A stretch of DNA of 64,000 nt. Origin: a virus (Duplodnaviria > Caudoviricetes). The stretch is taken from positions 192,001 through 256,000 of IMG/VR virus record IMGVR_UViG_3300037067_004891; one strand, written 5' to 3'. A program made the translations under genes and the position numbers. Below are positions 16,463 to 26,951 of this stretch, in pieces. The notes below the pieces were generated by a model. That model saw only the letters and a list, made by a program, of their open reading frames with translations, made no database searches and had not been told where the DNA came from. Each line of letters begins with the position of its first letter. The stretch's first letter is position 1.

Positions 16463-16470
16463 CAAATATA
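16463..16470 (-). promoter_or_regulatory. Bacteroidota-type -7 promoter element TATATTTG
   Basis: Matches TAnnTTTG, 20 bp upstream of the ATG at 16443. Confidence 0.55.
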
Positions 16471-16532
16471 CTTTATTTTTTAATATATACTATAAGACTA
16501 TAAGTAATCTAATAAAAATTTAAATATTACAA

Positions 16533-18209
16533 ATGTATAACGAAATGAGTTTTTTATTCAGTAAAGAGTTAAAAGTTAATACCATTCGAACAAATGGCGA
16601 AGAATTAACTAATTTAAAACCATTATTTGAAAATATTAATACTGAAAAAAGCTATGTTGTTTACAAAGATAAGAATTTTTTTAAGGGTCAAAACGGTCAA
16701 ATAAGAAATTATATAAAAGAAAAAATATATGATGTTGATTCAACTGATACAAATCCATATATACAATTATTAAAAGACTCAGAATTTCAATCTGGTTCGA
16801 AACGTTTAAAACCAAGTTATTTTTCATATTTGAGAGATTTGGGTGTATTTCCAATAAACAGATTAATAATATTAAGGAGATTTCCAGAAGGTACAGTAGT
16901 GACAGATGATTTGAATCAAATAAAAACTTCTCCAATTTCGACAATGGTTGGTTGGGTAAAAGAAGATTTAGATATTTTTAATTTGTCATTCAATGAAGAA
17001 TGGGATACTCAGACAAAATATTTACATGAAATAATATTCGATATTCTTAAAAACGATTTCAAAGTTGGTGGAGCAGAAAAAGTTATTCCAGCTCCAGGCT
17101 GGTCTCAAGGATTATTATTTGGTTTTTTAAAAGCTATGGGTCTAACTGATAGTGATGCATATGATATACCATTTGGTGATCCCAATCTTTTACGAGAAGC
17201 AGCTTATAGGGATTATGATAAACAAGGATTAAAATCAACAATGAATATATCATTTGAGACTATATATGAACAAAAAATAATTGGTGATTTTGATCCAGCA
17301 ACTGCTATGTTAGATATTTTAAGAAATATTTTAAAAATGGGTACTTCAGATATGAGATATATATTTAAAGCCAATTCACCAATACTCAAACAACTAACGT
17401 CTGCTGTCAATGGTAAAGGTAATAATATAGATGAATGGGCTTTGCTTGTCAAAGAAATAGTAGATGCTTTTATCGAGGCAATTGGAAAAACATTCGAAAA
17501 TATATCAGGTAAAAAATTAGATGATGCTGCAAATGATTTTGAAAATTTGTCCAATGAACAAAAATCTGAAGATACAAGATTGATTGAAATTAATAATGAA
17601 CTAAAAATATTGGATAAAAAACCGAGACCAGATGGTTGGAAAGCGAGAAAAAAAGAATTAGAAACAGAAAAAAAATCATTAGATAAATCTGTGGAAGCAA
17701 AACAAGGTCAAGAAAAAGCAAAACAAAATGAATTAGAAAACAATCAAAATATACAAAATGCAGCAGCAGTAAACGCAAGTATTGGAACATTAAAAAACAT
17801 ATCAGATGATAGTAAAACATCTGATTTTTTACGAACAATAGTAGCTTCAACTTTTGCCAAACACAGATGGCCTATTCGTGGTTCTATTGGAGCAATGACT
17901 GGACAACCAACAACACCTTGGCATATAACAATTGGAAATCCTTGGTCACCAATTGTTTCAGCAGGTAATATGATAGTTGATAAAATTGATTTATCTGCCA
18001 AGGGAGAAATGGGTTTTAATGATATGCCAATATTTTTAAATGCTACTGTTAATTTACGATTCGGAAGAAATATGGGAGCGCAGGAAATTGAACGAATTTT
18101 TAACAATGGATATCAAAGAATATATAACAAACCACAAAATGATCAAAGTAGAACTGATAAAACAAAACCAAAAGATAATATAACAAAACCGCCAACATAT
18201 AACAATTAA
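16533..18209 (+). CDS. putative baseplate/tail structural protein
   Basis: 558 aa, first gene of the baseplate cluster; WHITIGNP..PI...GNM motif. Confidence 0.55.
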   Translation: MYNEMSFLFSKELKVNTIRTNGEELTNLKPLFENINTEKSYVVYKDKNFFKGQNGQIRNYIKEKIYDVDSTDTNPYIQLLKDSEFQSGSKRLKPSYFSYLRDLGVFPINRLIILRRFPEGTVVTDDLNQIKTSPISTMVGWVKEDLDIFNLSFNEEWDTQTKYLHEIIFDILKNDFKVGGAEKVIPAPGWSQGLLFGFLKAMGLTDSDAYDIPFGDPNLLREAAYRDYDKQGLKSTMNISFETIYEQKIIGDFDPATAMLDILRNILKMGTSDMRYIFKANSPILKQLTSAVNGKGNNIDEWALLVKEIVDAFIEAIGKTFENISGKKLDDAANDFENLSNEQKSEDTRLIEINNELKILDKKPRPDGWKARKKELETEKKSLDKSVEAKQGQEKAKQNELENNQNIQNAAAVNASIGTLKNISDDSKTSDFLRTIVASTFAKHRWPIRGSIGAMTGQPTTPWHITIGNPWSPIVSAGNMIVDKIDLSAKGEMGFNDMPIFLNATVNLRFGRNMGAQEIERIFNNGYQRIYNKPQNDQSRTDKTKPKDNITKPPTYNN

Positions 18210-18228
18210 AAAATAAAATTATTATAAA

Positions 18229-18696
18229 ATGAAAATTTTTTCATTTAATAAGTTAAAAAGAGATACGAAAGTTAAAGGTGCGCCTTTTGATTTATTTATA
18301 AGTACTGTAACTGATAAAGATATAAATAATATAAAATTATATTTATATATAGTACCACCAGAAAATGTTGGTAGAATAGATAAAATATCATTAGAACTTT
18401 ACGGTTCGATAGATTATTCAGACGAATTAATGAAGATAAATAATATACTAAATTCTTTTTCAATAAACGAAAAAGATGAAATATTATATCCCGAACTCGA
18501 AAATATATCAATTATACATTTACCAATTGAAAATGAAATTGATACTGTTTCTAATATCAATAATCCTAAAAATACAAGAAAAGATACGAATAGAACAAAT
18601 TCAAATCAATCCGTTGTAGTAAAGGAAAAGGGTGCTAAACAGGTAGAATGGAATAAAAATAATAAAACAATTTCAATAACAAATATAATACCTTAA
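18229..18696 (+). CDS. baseplate wedge protein, gp53-like (LysM-type)
   Basis: GRIDKISLELYGSIDYSDELMKINNI..SFSI. Confidence 0.7.
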   Translation: MKIFSFNKLKRDTKVKGAPFDLFISTVTDKDINNIKLYLYIVPPENVGRIDKISLELYGSIDYSDELMKINNILNSFSINEKDEILYPELENISIIHLPIENEIDTVSNINNPKNTRKDTNRTNSNQSVVVKEKGAKQVEWNKNNKTISITNIIP

Positions 18697-18697
18697 T

Positions 18698-20086
18698 ATG
18701 ATAACCAGAATAGTGAAACCTTCTATAGTATTACAGAAAATAGACATTCAGTATAATGACAACGTATCAGATGATAATGCCAATGATTTCATTTCAAAAG
18801 TTGGGTTTTATCCATTTGTTATTATAAATGGATTAATATTAGAATATCAATATTTTGTGAAATTTGTTTTAAGAAATGATCAATTTCTCCCAAAATTAGA
18901 AATTTCATTTAGAGATAAAAGTAATAAAATAACAGATGAATTATTTCCATTAGACGATGCAATTATTTCCATTTTTATAAAATCACCATCTGAAATTTTA
19001 ATGCCAGTTAGAATGGATTTTAAAGTGACTGTATTTAATCCAGTAAAAAACGAAGTAAATAATGAAGATGTTGTTTATACATTGGAAGGTATTTTAAATG
19101 TAAATGGTTTATATCATTCACCATACTGGGCTAAAAATAATACATCTTTTAATGTTTTAAAGGAACTTGCTAATGAAATAGGGCTTGGATTTGCTACTAA
19201 TATACAAAACACAGATGATAAAATGATTTGGATAAATCCAAGTGATATAAATTTAGATTTCATAAAAGCTACAACAATGGTTTCATACAAAGATGATGAA
19301 TCTTTTCTATGGTCATATGTAGATTTTTATTATAATTTAAATTATATTGATATAGAAACTCAATTTGGTGATACGACTGAGGGTTTAGAAGGTATAAATT
19401 CAAATAAATACATAATGGATGATGCTAATAATATAACGCCACTATATTTAACAAATCACCCAGATTCATATGGTTCTTCATTATTTATATCAAAATATAA
19501 CATTGATAATTCATCAACTAAAATAAACCTTGATATTGGATATAACTTCTTTATTAAATATTATGACACAATTGAAAAAAATTTAGCTGGATTTGTATTA
19601 GATACAATTTCTAATATTGGTGATAATGGTGATATCGTATTAAAATCGAATAATGAAAATGGTGGTAATTCTGATTCATTGTATCAACAAAATGTAACAA
19701 ATGATTTTTGTGGTAGAATTGATATAGATAATATGCACAAAAATTTTTATTATGCTTCCGTTCAGAATGAAAGAAATATGAAATATTTTCAAAAAATTAA
19801 AATGAAAGTTGTATTATCAACTCCAAATTTCAATTTAACAAGATTTCAAATGATTCAAGTTAAATTATATAAAATACAAGAATTAGATAATAAAACAAGA
19901 ACAACACCGCCAGAAAATAGAGATAAGTTAGCAAATAAAAATATATATGAAGATAAATTGAATAAAAGACTATCTGGAAATTGGATGATATCTGGAATTA
20001 ATTACACATTTAGCTCAGATAGTGGGTGGCAACAAGAAATTAATTTAGTTCGCAGAGAACTTGGGGATAGTCAAATAAAAACTTAA
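18698..20086 (+). CDS. putative baseplate hub protein
   Basis: Sits between gp53-like and gp5-like genes; C-terminal LSGNWMISGINYTF...QEINLVRRE. Confidence 0.55.
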   Translation: MITRIVKPSIVLQKIDIQYNDNVSDDNANDFISKVGFYPFVIINGLILEYQYFVKFVLRNDQFLPKLEISFRDKSNKITDELFPLDDAIISIFIKSPSEILMPVRMDFKVTVFNPVKNEVNNEDVVYTLEGILNVNGLYHSPYWAKNNTSFNVLKELANEIGLGFATNIQNTDDKMIWINPSDINLDFIKATTMVSYKDDESFLWSYVDFYYNLNYIDIETQFGDTTEGLEGINSNKYIMDDANNITPLYLTNHPDSYGSSLFISKYNIDNSSTKINLDIGYNFFIKYYDTIEKNLAGFVLDTISNIGDNGDIVLKSNNENGGNSDSLYQQNVTNDFCGRIDIDNMHKNFYYASVQNERNMKYFQKIKMKVVLSTPNFNLTRFQMIQVKLYKIQELDNKTRTTPPENRDKLANKNIYEDKLNKRLSGNWMISGINYTFSSDSGWQQEINLVRRELGDSQIKT

Positions 20087-20094
20087 ATTTAAAA

Positions 20095-21612
20095 ATGGGA
20101 GTATTTAGTCTTAAAAATAATACGGCAGCTACAAAAGCAAATGATATTATAAAATCTGTTAAAGAAGCTACTACACCTGTAAACAAAGTTTCAGATAATC
20201 GTCATGGCCCAAAACGAGAATTAAACACTGGTTATATAAAAGGTTATGAAGAATTAACCAAAAATGAAGAACAACGAATTGTAGTTGGACTTGATGTTAA
20301 AACCAGAGAAATTGGTGACACATATGATTATATTAGAAACCAAGTTCAAGCTGACTATGATATGGATACTTTCAAATATGGACTGGAAAAAAACACACCA
20401 TTATATGAAGACCCAACAATACTTGGATTTGAATTGTTTTTTGACGATACTGATTCTTCTTCACCATTTTTTTATGGAAATGAAAATAAGGTTATGAAAT
20501 TCTTGAATTTATATCAAAATATACCAGATATAGCAAAAAGAATAGATTTATTTAATGAATTTAGAAATAAATTTTTTGAAGTGTTTAATACATTATCTGT
20601 TGAAGGTATTTCATCATATGTAAGAAAAAATTATTATATATCATCTATTAGTGGTATGGATATTCTCACTAAAAAAATAATAAAATATCCTGAAGATAAA
20701 ATTACTATCACTTTAACAGAAGATGTTATGATGAGTATACAATATTTAAGTGAATTATATAATAATCTGATTTATTGTTATAGAAATAACAGATATATGA
20801 TACCAGAACATCTACTTAGATTCGATTTACATATTAAAATTTATGATATTCGAAAATTTAGAAATTTAAATTCAAAATATAACAAAGATAAAAGTATTGG
20901 AAAAGACAACAATCCTTATATATTACAAGAGAATCAATCAGTAATAATTTATGTTCTTCATGATTGTAATTTAAATTTTTTTAATAGTAAAAACATATCA
21001 AATGATATATTAGTAGCTGGTTATAATATTGGTATGCCTTCTATATCAAATTTAAGTTTTGATATTTTTTTCAAATCTGTATCAAAACGTATGGAAGCAA
21101 AATTAAGACCAAACTCTTTAACAATACACAATAAAGAAAAGGCATTATTTAAATTGGATAATATCAATGATCGTCAATATTTTAGTAACCAAAAAAATGA
21201 TGACTCATTAGCTGATTATGATATGCAAAATTTATTTAAATACAACCCAAGTGAAGTCTCAAAAGAATTTACAACTGCATCTTTATATAAAAAACCAAAC
21301 ATAATTGAAAGTGGTATAAATACTTTAGTAGATAAAGTTAAAAATACTGTTATTCAAAAAATAAAAGAAAAACGTAATGAATTAATTAATAGATTTTTTG
21401 GTCAAATTGAAGATAAAACACAAATCAAAAAACGTATTCCCGAAGGTAATGTTTATGATGACAGTTATAGAAACCAAAGTCGTATAGATGTTAATTCTCT
21501 TAAAAGTAGAGTTATTAACGATGTTGAAAATTATAAAAACAGTGTTATTCAAGAAGGCAAATTAGGGTTGAATAATTTGGTTTCTAATTTTGATAAAAAA
21601 ATAGGGTTTTAA
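20095..21612 (+). CDS. putative virion structural protein
   Basis: 505 aa in the baseplate cluster. Confidence 0.5.
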   Translation: MGVFSLKNNTAATKANDIIKSVKEATTPVNKVSDNRHGPKRELNTGYIKGYEELTKNEEQRIVVGLDVKTREIGDTYDYIRNQVQADYDMDTFKYGLEKNTPLYEDPTILGFELFFDDTDSSSPFFYGNENKVMKFLNLYQNIPDIAKRIDLFNEFRNKFFEVFNTLSVEGISSYVRKNYYISSISGMDILTKKIIKYPEDKITITLTEDVMMSIQYLSELYNNLIYCYRNNRYMIPEHLLRFDLHIKIYDIRKFRNLNSKYNKDKSIGKDNNPYILQENQSVIIYVLHDCNLNFFNSKNISNDILVAGYNIGMPSISNLSFDIFFKSVSKRMEAKLRPNSLTIHNKEKALFKLDNINDRQYFSNQKNDDSLADYDMQNLFKYNPSEVSKEFTTASLYKKPNIIESGINTLVDKVKNTVIQKIKEKRNELINRFFGQIEDKTQIKKRIPEGNVYDDSYRNQSRIDVNSLKSRVINDVENYKNSVIQEGKLGLNNLVSNFDKKIGF

Positions 21613-21618
21613 TTTTAA

Positions 21619-23358
21619 ATGGATAATTCATATTTAGGTAAAGTATATTCTGGTATAGTAGTTGACATAAAAGACCCTCGAAGATTGGGTCGAGTTAGAG
21701 TTAAAGTTGCAACCATTTTTGAAGAAATAGAAGTAACATATATACCTTGGGCTACACCTTATAAAGGTCTTAGTGGTAAAAATTTTCATGTACCACAACT
21801 TGGAAAATTAGTTAATATAATGTTTGAAAATGGTTATTTATATTCACCAGTTTATATTTATACTGAACATTTTAATATTAATTTACAAAAAAAATTAGAA
21901 AATTTAAGTGAAGACGATTATACAAAATTTATAGCAATATTATTTGATCATAAAACTCAAATATATATTGATAATAATGGGTTTAGACTTGATTACTTAT
22001 ATAATCAAATTCATATTAATGAAGAAAATATATCATTTCGATTAAAAGATAACACACAAATATTAAATTTGGGGTCAAGTGATTCAAATCAAGATGCTGT
22101 ATTAGGTACTAATTTCTTTAAATGGTTTGATAAATTCGTAAACAAACTTATCATACCAACAACATTAACTGGAAATTTAGGCGCACCAATTTTAAGACCA
22201 GAATTAGATGCTTTAATGACAGAATATCAAACAATAAAAAACACTTTTCTATCGAAACATGTTAAATTACCAGATAATAACAAAATTGAAAAAGTTAAAA
22301 GAGATATTGAAACAGTTGCTGCTGAAAATGATAAAGATATACAATCAAATGATCAAGACCCATTCGTATCTGGTCAAAAAAGCACTCCGAATTCAGAAAT
22401 ACTTACTGAAGATGTAAAATCAAATATTAAAGAAAAAACTGAAAACGAACAAAGCGAATTAAACGATGCAAAACCGTCAAAATCAGCTAAAGTCGATGAA
22501 ATAGATTATCATGAAAACAATACTGATGCTCCTAATGATGTAGTTTACATGATTGATGATAATGGTGAACTGTATTCATCTTCATATGAAGATTTACAAA
22601 ATGAAGACAAATATGATTATGTTGGGGCAGAAGATATTGATATTAACAATTCTTATGAAAATGATGAATCATCATATACATCTTATAATGATGAAGTAGT
22701 AATTACTGATGATAATTATGGAACATATATAACATCTAATATAATTAATAATGATGATAATATAAACACTACACCAGTAAAAGTTCCAAATAGTGAACCA
22801 AAGCGTGATGTATATGGTAATGTTCAAAAAGACAATAATGGTAATGCAGTATATGAAAAGGTTGATGTATATTTAAAAGGAAAAATTATTGGAAAAGAAG
22901 AATATGTAACGTTTCAAAATCAAAAAGTTATTAGGAAATATTTCGAACCATTTAAAAGAATGTATGATGCTGCCAAAAAAGATGGAATTAATATAATATT
23001 AGTTGATGCATTCCGTTTTTGGGATGAACAATATGGATTGAGAGTTCAAAATAAAAAGAAAGATTTTACGGAACAAGAATTAAAAACGAATAGTTCAACG
23101 AATTATAAACCATATACAGGAAGACCTGGTCAATCGTTACATCATTATGGGACTGCATTTGATATGCAAACAAATAATGGGAAGAATAAAACATACAAAT
23201 GGTTAGTTAAGAATGCTATAAAATATGGATTTATTAGAACGGTTGAAAGCGAAACATGGCACTGGGAGTATCAGCCTTGGTTGTATTCAAACATCAAAGC
23301 AAATAATCAATTTGCAATAGTCAACCAAAATCACGAATCTTGGATGAATTTAGTTTAA
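21619..23358 (+). CDS. gp5/VgrG-like baseplate spike protein with C-terminal M15 (VanY-like) peptidase
   Basis: GIVVDIKDPRRLGRVRVKV...IPWATP OB-fold; FR...Q, SLHHYGTAFD, ETWHWEY. Confidence 0.8.
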   Translation: MDNSYLGKVYSGIVVDIKDPRRLGRVRVKVATIFEEIEVTYIPWATPYKGLSGKNFHVPQLGKLVNIMFENGYLYSPVYIYTEHFNINLQKKLENLSEDDYTKFIAILFDHKTQIYIDNNGFRLDYLYNQIHINEENISFRLKDNTQILNLGSSDSNQDAVLGTNFFKWFDKFVNKLIIPTTLTGNLGAPILRPELDALMTEYQTIKNTFLSKHVKLPDNNKIEKVKRDIETVAAENDKDIQSNDQDPFVSGQKSTPNSEILTEDVKSNIKEKTENEQSELNDAKPSKSAKVDEIDYHENNTDAPNDVVYMIDDNGELYSSSYEDLQNEDKYDYVGAEDIDINNSYENDESSYTSYNDEVVITDDNYGTYITSNIINNDDNINTTPVKVPNSEPKRDVYGNVQKDNNGNAVYEKVDVYLKGKIIGKEEYVTFQNQKVIRKYFEPFKRMYDAAKKDGINIILVDAFRFWDEQYGLRVQNKKKDFTEQELKTNSSTNYKPYTGRPGQSLHHYGTAFDMQTNNGKNKTYKWLVKNAIKYGFIRTVESETWHWEYQPWLYSNIKANNQFAIVNQNHESWMNLV

Positions 23359-24131
23359 AATGGTAAATCATCGATATAATTAAGCGCAACATTATTTACT
23401 TGAGTATGTTGTGGTGGATTGTGAATATTAACAATATATCCCATTTTTTCTTTATAGTCATCTAAATTTTGATTATCACTCAATATTTCATTTATTTTCA
23501 ATATTCGGGTTTTTCTCAATCGATTCATATCATTAAAAATAATTTCATCGAAACCCTTTTCATACATTTTTCGTTTTCGAGCTTCTATTCGTTTATGATT
23601 ATACATCAAATTATCTTCTAATGATAAAAACTTTTTTTCCAAACAATGTTTAACACTACCAACATATGACTCATATAAAACTTCACCATCCCAAAACAAC
23701 CCACAGCAACTTAAATCAACATTTCTTAACAATTCAAAAAATGAATATATAAAATAATTTAAAAAATATTTACTATAATAATTCCCATCTAAATTTGGGT
23801 TCATAGAAGGTCTTATGAATTGAATTTTTTTACCATTCGAATTTATATAAGTTCTTGGTTCAGATATAACATGTATTTCTTCATACATATTTAAGATATC
23901 TCTCGAATATAAATCTGTATATATATACCCCTTACTTTCTACTATTTCAATAGCCCTTGTCATGGATTGTTTTAAACATAATATATCGATATCATTTATT
24001 TTATTATTCGTTAATATATCTCTCAGTGAACCACCAAAAACAACAAAGTGTTCATTTGGCAAAAGAATTTCATTGGAATCAAATTCTAAATATTCATTCA
24101 ATCCTTTTTTAATCTGTTCAGAATAATTCAT
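23355..24131 (-). CDS. nucleotidyltransferase-like protein (poly(A) polymerase/CCA-enzyme head fold)
   Basis: VVFGGSLRDIL...DIDI; VDLSCCGL. Confidence 0.65.
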   Translation of the reverse strand: MNYSEQIKKGLNEYLEFDSNEILLPNEHFVVFGGSLRDILTNNKINDIDILCLKQSMTRAIEIVESKGYIYTDLYSRDILNMYEEIHVISEPRTYINSNGKKIQFIRPSMNPNLDGNYYSKYFLNYFIYSFFELLRNVDLSCCGLFWDGEVLYESYVGSVKHCLEKKFLSLEDNLMYNHKRIEARKRKMYEKGFDEIIFNDMNRLRKTRILKINEILSDNQNLDDYKEKMGYIVNIHNPPQHTQVNNVALNYIDDLPF

Positions 24132-24212
24132 AATATTTAATTAAATATAAAATATAATATTCCAGAAGTATTTTCTTGCATTATAATTTCTTGTAAATGT
24201 ATTAATAAAAAA

Positions 24213-24812
24213 TTATATTACGTTTTTTAGGAATTGTTTTTCTTTAAATAAATTATTTATATCAAATATTTCAAAAATATCATTATTCTGGTCTAACCTA
24301 ATAAAAACATCTCTATTGTTGTCTTTTAATCTTTTTGCTAAAAGGTTATCAACTATTATATTTAATATATTAAAATCTGAAAAGTCTTTTATAACATTTG
24401 CCAGTTTAGCATCTATGATACTGTATTTTAAACTTTCCTTAATTATTTGTTTAGGATTTTCTTCAAATGCAATTTCAGTTAAGAATTCTTTATCCATTTT
24501 TGTAAAGATATCAACATACATAAATAACTGAAAATCAAATAATACTTGATTTGTATTAGTATTACTTAATATAAAAGGTTTTTTGTAATTTATTTCGCCA
24601 GTTATAAGAAGTTTCCCACCGAGTTTATATTCATCCTGATTATATCTTTCGGCTTTTTCATCATCAATAAATGAAAACCACGTCCCACCTCTTAATTCAT
24701 TAGTATTTATAGTATTAGGGGAACAATATCTTTTTACTTTAATTTTACCAGTTTTTATTATATTTATCTGGTTTTCAAATATTTTATATGATTTTATATA
24801 ATGCTGTTTCAT
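24213..24812 (-). CDS. hypothetical, putative internal head protein
   Basis: N-terminal YIKSYKIFEN motif. Confidence 0.55.
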   Translation of the reverse strand: MKQHYIKSYKIFENQINIIKTGKIKVKRYCSPNTINTNELRGGTWFSFIDDEKAERYNQDEYKLGGKLLITGEINYKKPFILSNTNTNQVLFDFQLFMYVDIFTKMDKEFLTEIAFEENPKQIIKESLKYSIIDAKLANVIKDFSDFNILNIIVDNLLAKRLKDNNRDVFIRLDQNNDIFEIFDINNLFKEKQFLKNVI

Positions 24813-24814
24813 TT

Positions 24815-25222
24815 TTAAAATATTTCATCATTTAAAATTTCAATAATATATTGAACAGCTTTTTTTGTTCCATTAATCATAATATCATAAAGACCATAAA
24901 CATTTAAAGCAGTCTTACCGTTAAAGTAACCTTTATCCTTCAATAATAAATCCACATCATCTTTATGTTTTAGATAAAAATTTTGAATATCAGAATCTTC
25001 AATAAACCCGTTAATTTTTATATTATCGACTCCATTTTTTTCAATGTCTGCTAAAAAATTTTGAACATTGACCATTTCTTTTTTCTGATTATCATCTAAT
25101 GTTCCATCAATTAATAAAAGAACATCTCTTTTTAATGATAAATATTTATCTGACAATTTATCTTTTAACTGGTCATCCAGATTTTCATTTAATTTATATT
25201 GAGAAAATGTTTTTATATTCAT
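24815..25222 (-). CDS. hypothetical, putative internal head protein
   Basis: MNIKTFSQYKLNE motif. Confidence 0.55.
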   Translation of the reverse strand: MNIKTFSQYKLNENLDDQLKDKLSDKYLSLKRDVLLLIDGTLDDNQKKEMVNVQNFLADIEKNGVDNIKINGFIEDSDIQNFYLKHKDDVDLLLKDKGYFNGKTALNVYGLYDIMINGTKKAVQYIIEILNDEIF

Positions 25223-25248
25223 TTTTTATTTTTATTTTTTTTTATATA

Positions 25249-26949
25249 TTAATCACCAACTTTACCATTTTTTAATTGTATCTTTTTAATTATACCATTA
25301 TGAATTTCGCCATTATTAAAAACACCATCTTGCCAGAAACCATTAACAAACGAACCATTATTCCAAATAGGTGTTGAAGACTCTGTTCCAAAATATCCAT
25401 TAAGAAATTCGCCATTATTAAATGTACCATCTTTAAGCCAACCACCATACCATTTACCGTTATTAAAATTACCATCATTCCAAATAGATATCTTGTGATT
25501 GCCTGATTCTTGAATATTTTCATTAGAGTCTTTGATCACACCAGAATGAAACTCGCCATTATTAAACTCGCCATTATTCCAAATACATCGTTCATAATTA
25601 TAAGTCGAATTATCTGTTGTATAATAAACATTAACCACTAATCCTGCAAAACGTATAAATGCATTTGTAACATAAATACCACTTTTATATAATTTGAAAT
25701 TTACCGAAAAGCTGTCACTATTTATATCCTTAGCAGATAAATTTGTTCCCCAAGTATTAGTTGGACTTCCAAAAATAAAATTATAAACAGGATTATATGG
25801 ACTTAATGGAAAAACTGGTATAACTTCGAAATCAGCCAAATTATTCGATTGATTAATAGGATCATTTGTCGGAAAAGGCGATATTGTAACATTTGTTATA
25901 TTATATCGCTTTTCAAATTCTGCTGTGACACTATAAAGTGCCAATTTAACTTCAATACCATTTATAACAGAATTGTTTGGTATGTTTAAATTAAATCCAT
26001 ATATGGAAATTGTTTTTACGTAATCTCTTCCACTTTTAGTTTCCGATTCAGCATATGTAGTTCTGTTTTCATGTATTTGTCCATTAACTACTTGATACAT
26101 ACCAGGTAATTTCCAAGCTATATAACCATCATTAAATTGATGAAATAATAAAGGTTTTATAAATGAAGTTGTTCCTGTATTTATTAAATATTCGATAAGT
26201 GGTTCAATATTTTCTGTTACGCCAAATCTCGATTTTATATTTTCATCAAAAGTAGTAAACACACCATCCATCCATTGACCATTTATAAAATCTCCACCTA
26301 AAAACGTACCATTATACCACACAAATCCATTAAATTGTCCATTATAAAATTTACCATTTATCCACTGTATATTTTCCATGTAACCATTATACCAGTTACC
26401 ATTATACCATATAGCATGATAAATTATACCATCATAAAAATTTCCATTTTTCCACACACAAGTTTGCGCACTATTAGAGTTAATATCATTATCTCCAAGT
26501 GAGTTATTAGGATCATATTGAGTATATTTTGACCAATCTACAATTTTTGTACCAAATGTACCACCATGAAAATCACCAGATTCCCATACCACAAACCCAT
26601 CACCAACACCCATAACAGAATATTGATTTCCTTTGTCTATTATATTGAAATTTCCATTTAAAATATCAAAATTATTAAGTTTATAACTATAAAATTTTCC
26701 ATCTTTCCACGTTCCGTTTTCAAAATTACCAGAATACCATGTACCATTATACCAATCTCCACAAATCCAATTACCAGAATACCAAACCAAACCATATGTA
26801 TCTTCACCTATTATAGCATCTTCAATAGAAGCATTGAAAATCCAATTATATCTAATTTTCAATTTGTCAATAGACATACCATCAACAAATGTTATATTCA
26901 TTTTATTAAAATCTACATTTTGTAAAGCTAATGCTATATTTACGGCCAT
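25249..26949 (-). CDS. (W/F)xxGx pentapeptide-repeat protein, likely structural
   Basis: Long WYNGNWYNG/FNNGEF tracts flanking a non-repetitive domain. Confidence 0.7.
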   Translation of the reverse strand: MAVNIALALQNVDFNKMNITFVDGMSIDKLKIRYNWIFNASIEDAIIGEDTYGLVWYSGNWICGDWYNGTWYSGNFENGTWKDGKFYSYKLNNFDILNGNFNIIDKGNQYSVMGVGDGFVVWESGDFHGGTFGTKIVDWSKYTQYDPNNSLGDNDINSNSAQTCVWKNGNFYDGIIYHAIWYNGNWYNGYMENIQWINGKFYNGQFNGFVWYNGTFLGGDFINGQWMDGVFTTFDENIKSRFGVTENIEPLIEYLINTGTTSFIKPLLFHQFNDGYIAWKLPGMYQVVNGQIHENRTTYAESETKSGRDYVKTISIYGFNLNIPNNSVINGIEVKLALYSVTAEFEKRYNITNVTISPFPTNDPINQSNNLADFEVIPVFPLSPYNPVYNFIFGSPTNTWGTNLSAKDINSDSFSVNFKLYKSGIYVTNAFIRFAGLVVNVYYTTDNSTYNYERCIWNNGEFNNGEFHSGVIKDSNENIQESGNHKISIWNDGNFNNGKWYGGWLKDGTFNNGEFLNGYFGTESSTPIWNNGSFVNGFWQDGVFNNGEIHNGIIKKIQLKNGKVGD

Positions 26950-26951
26950 TT

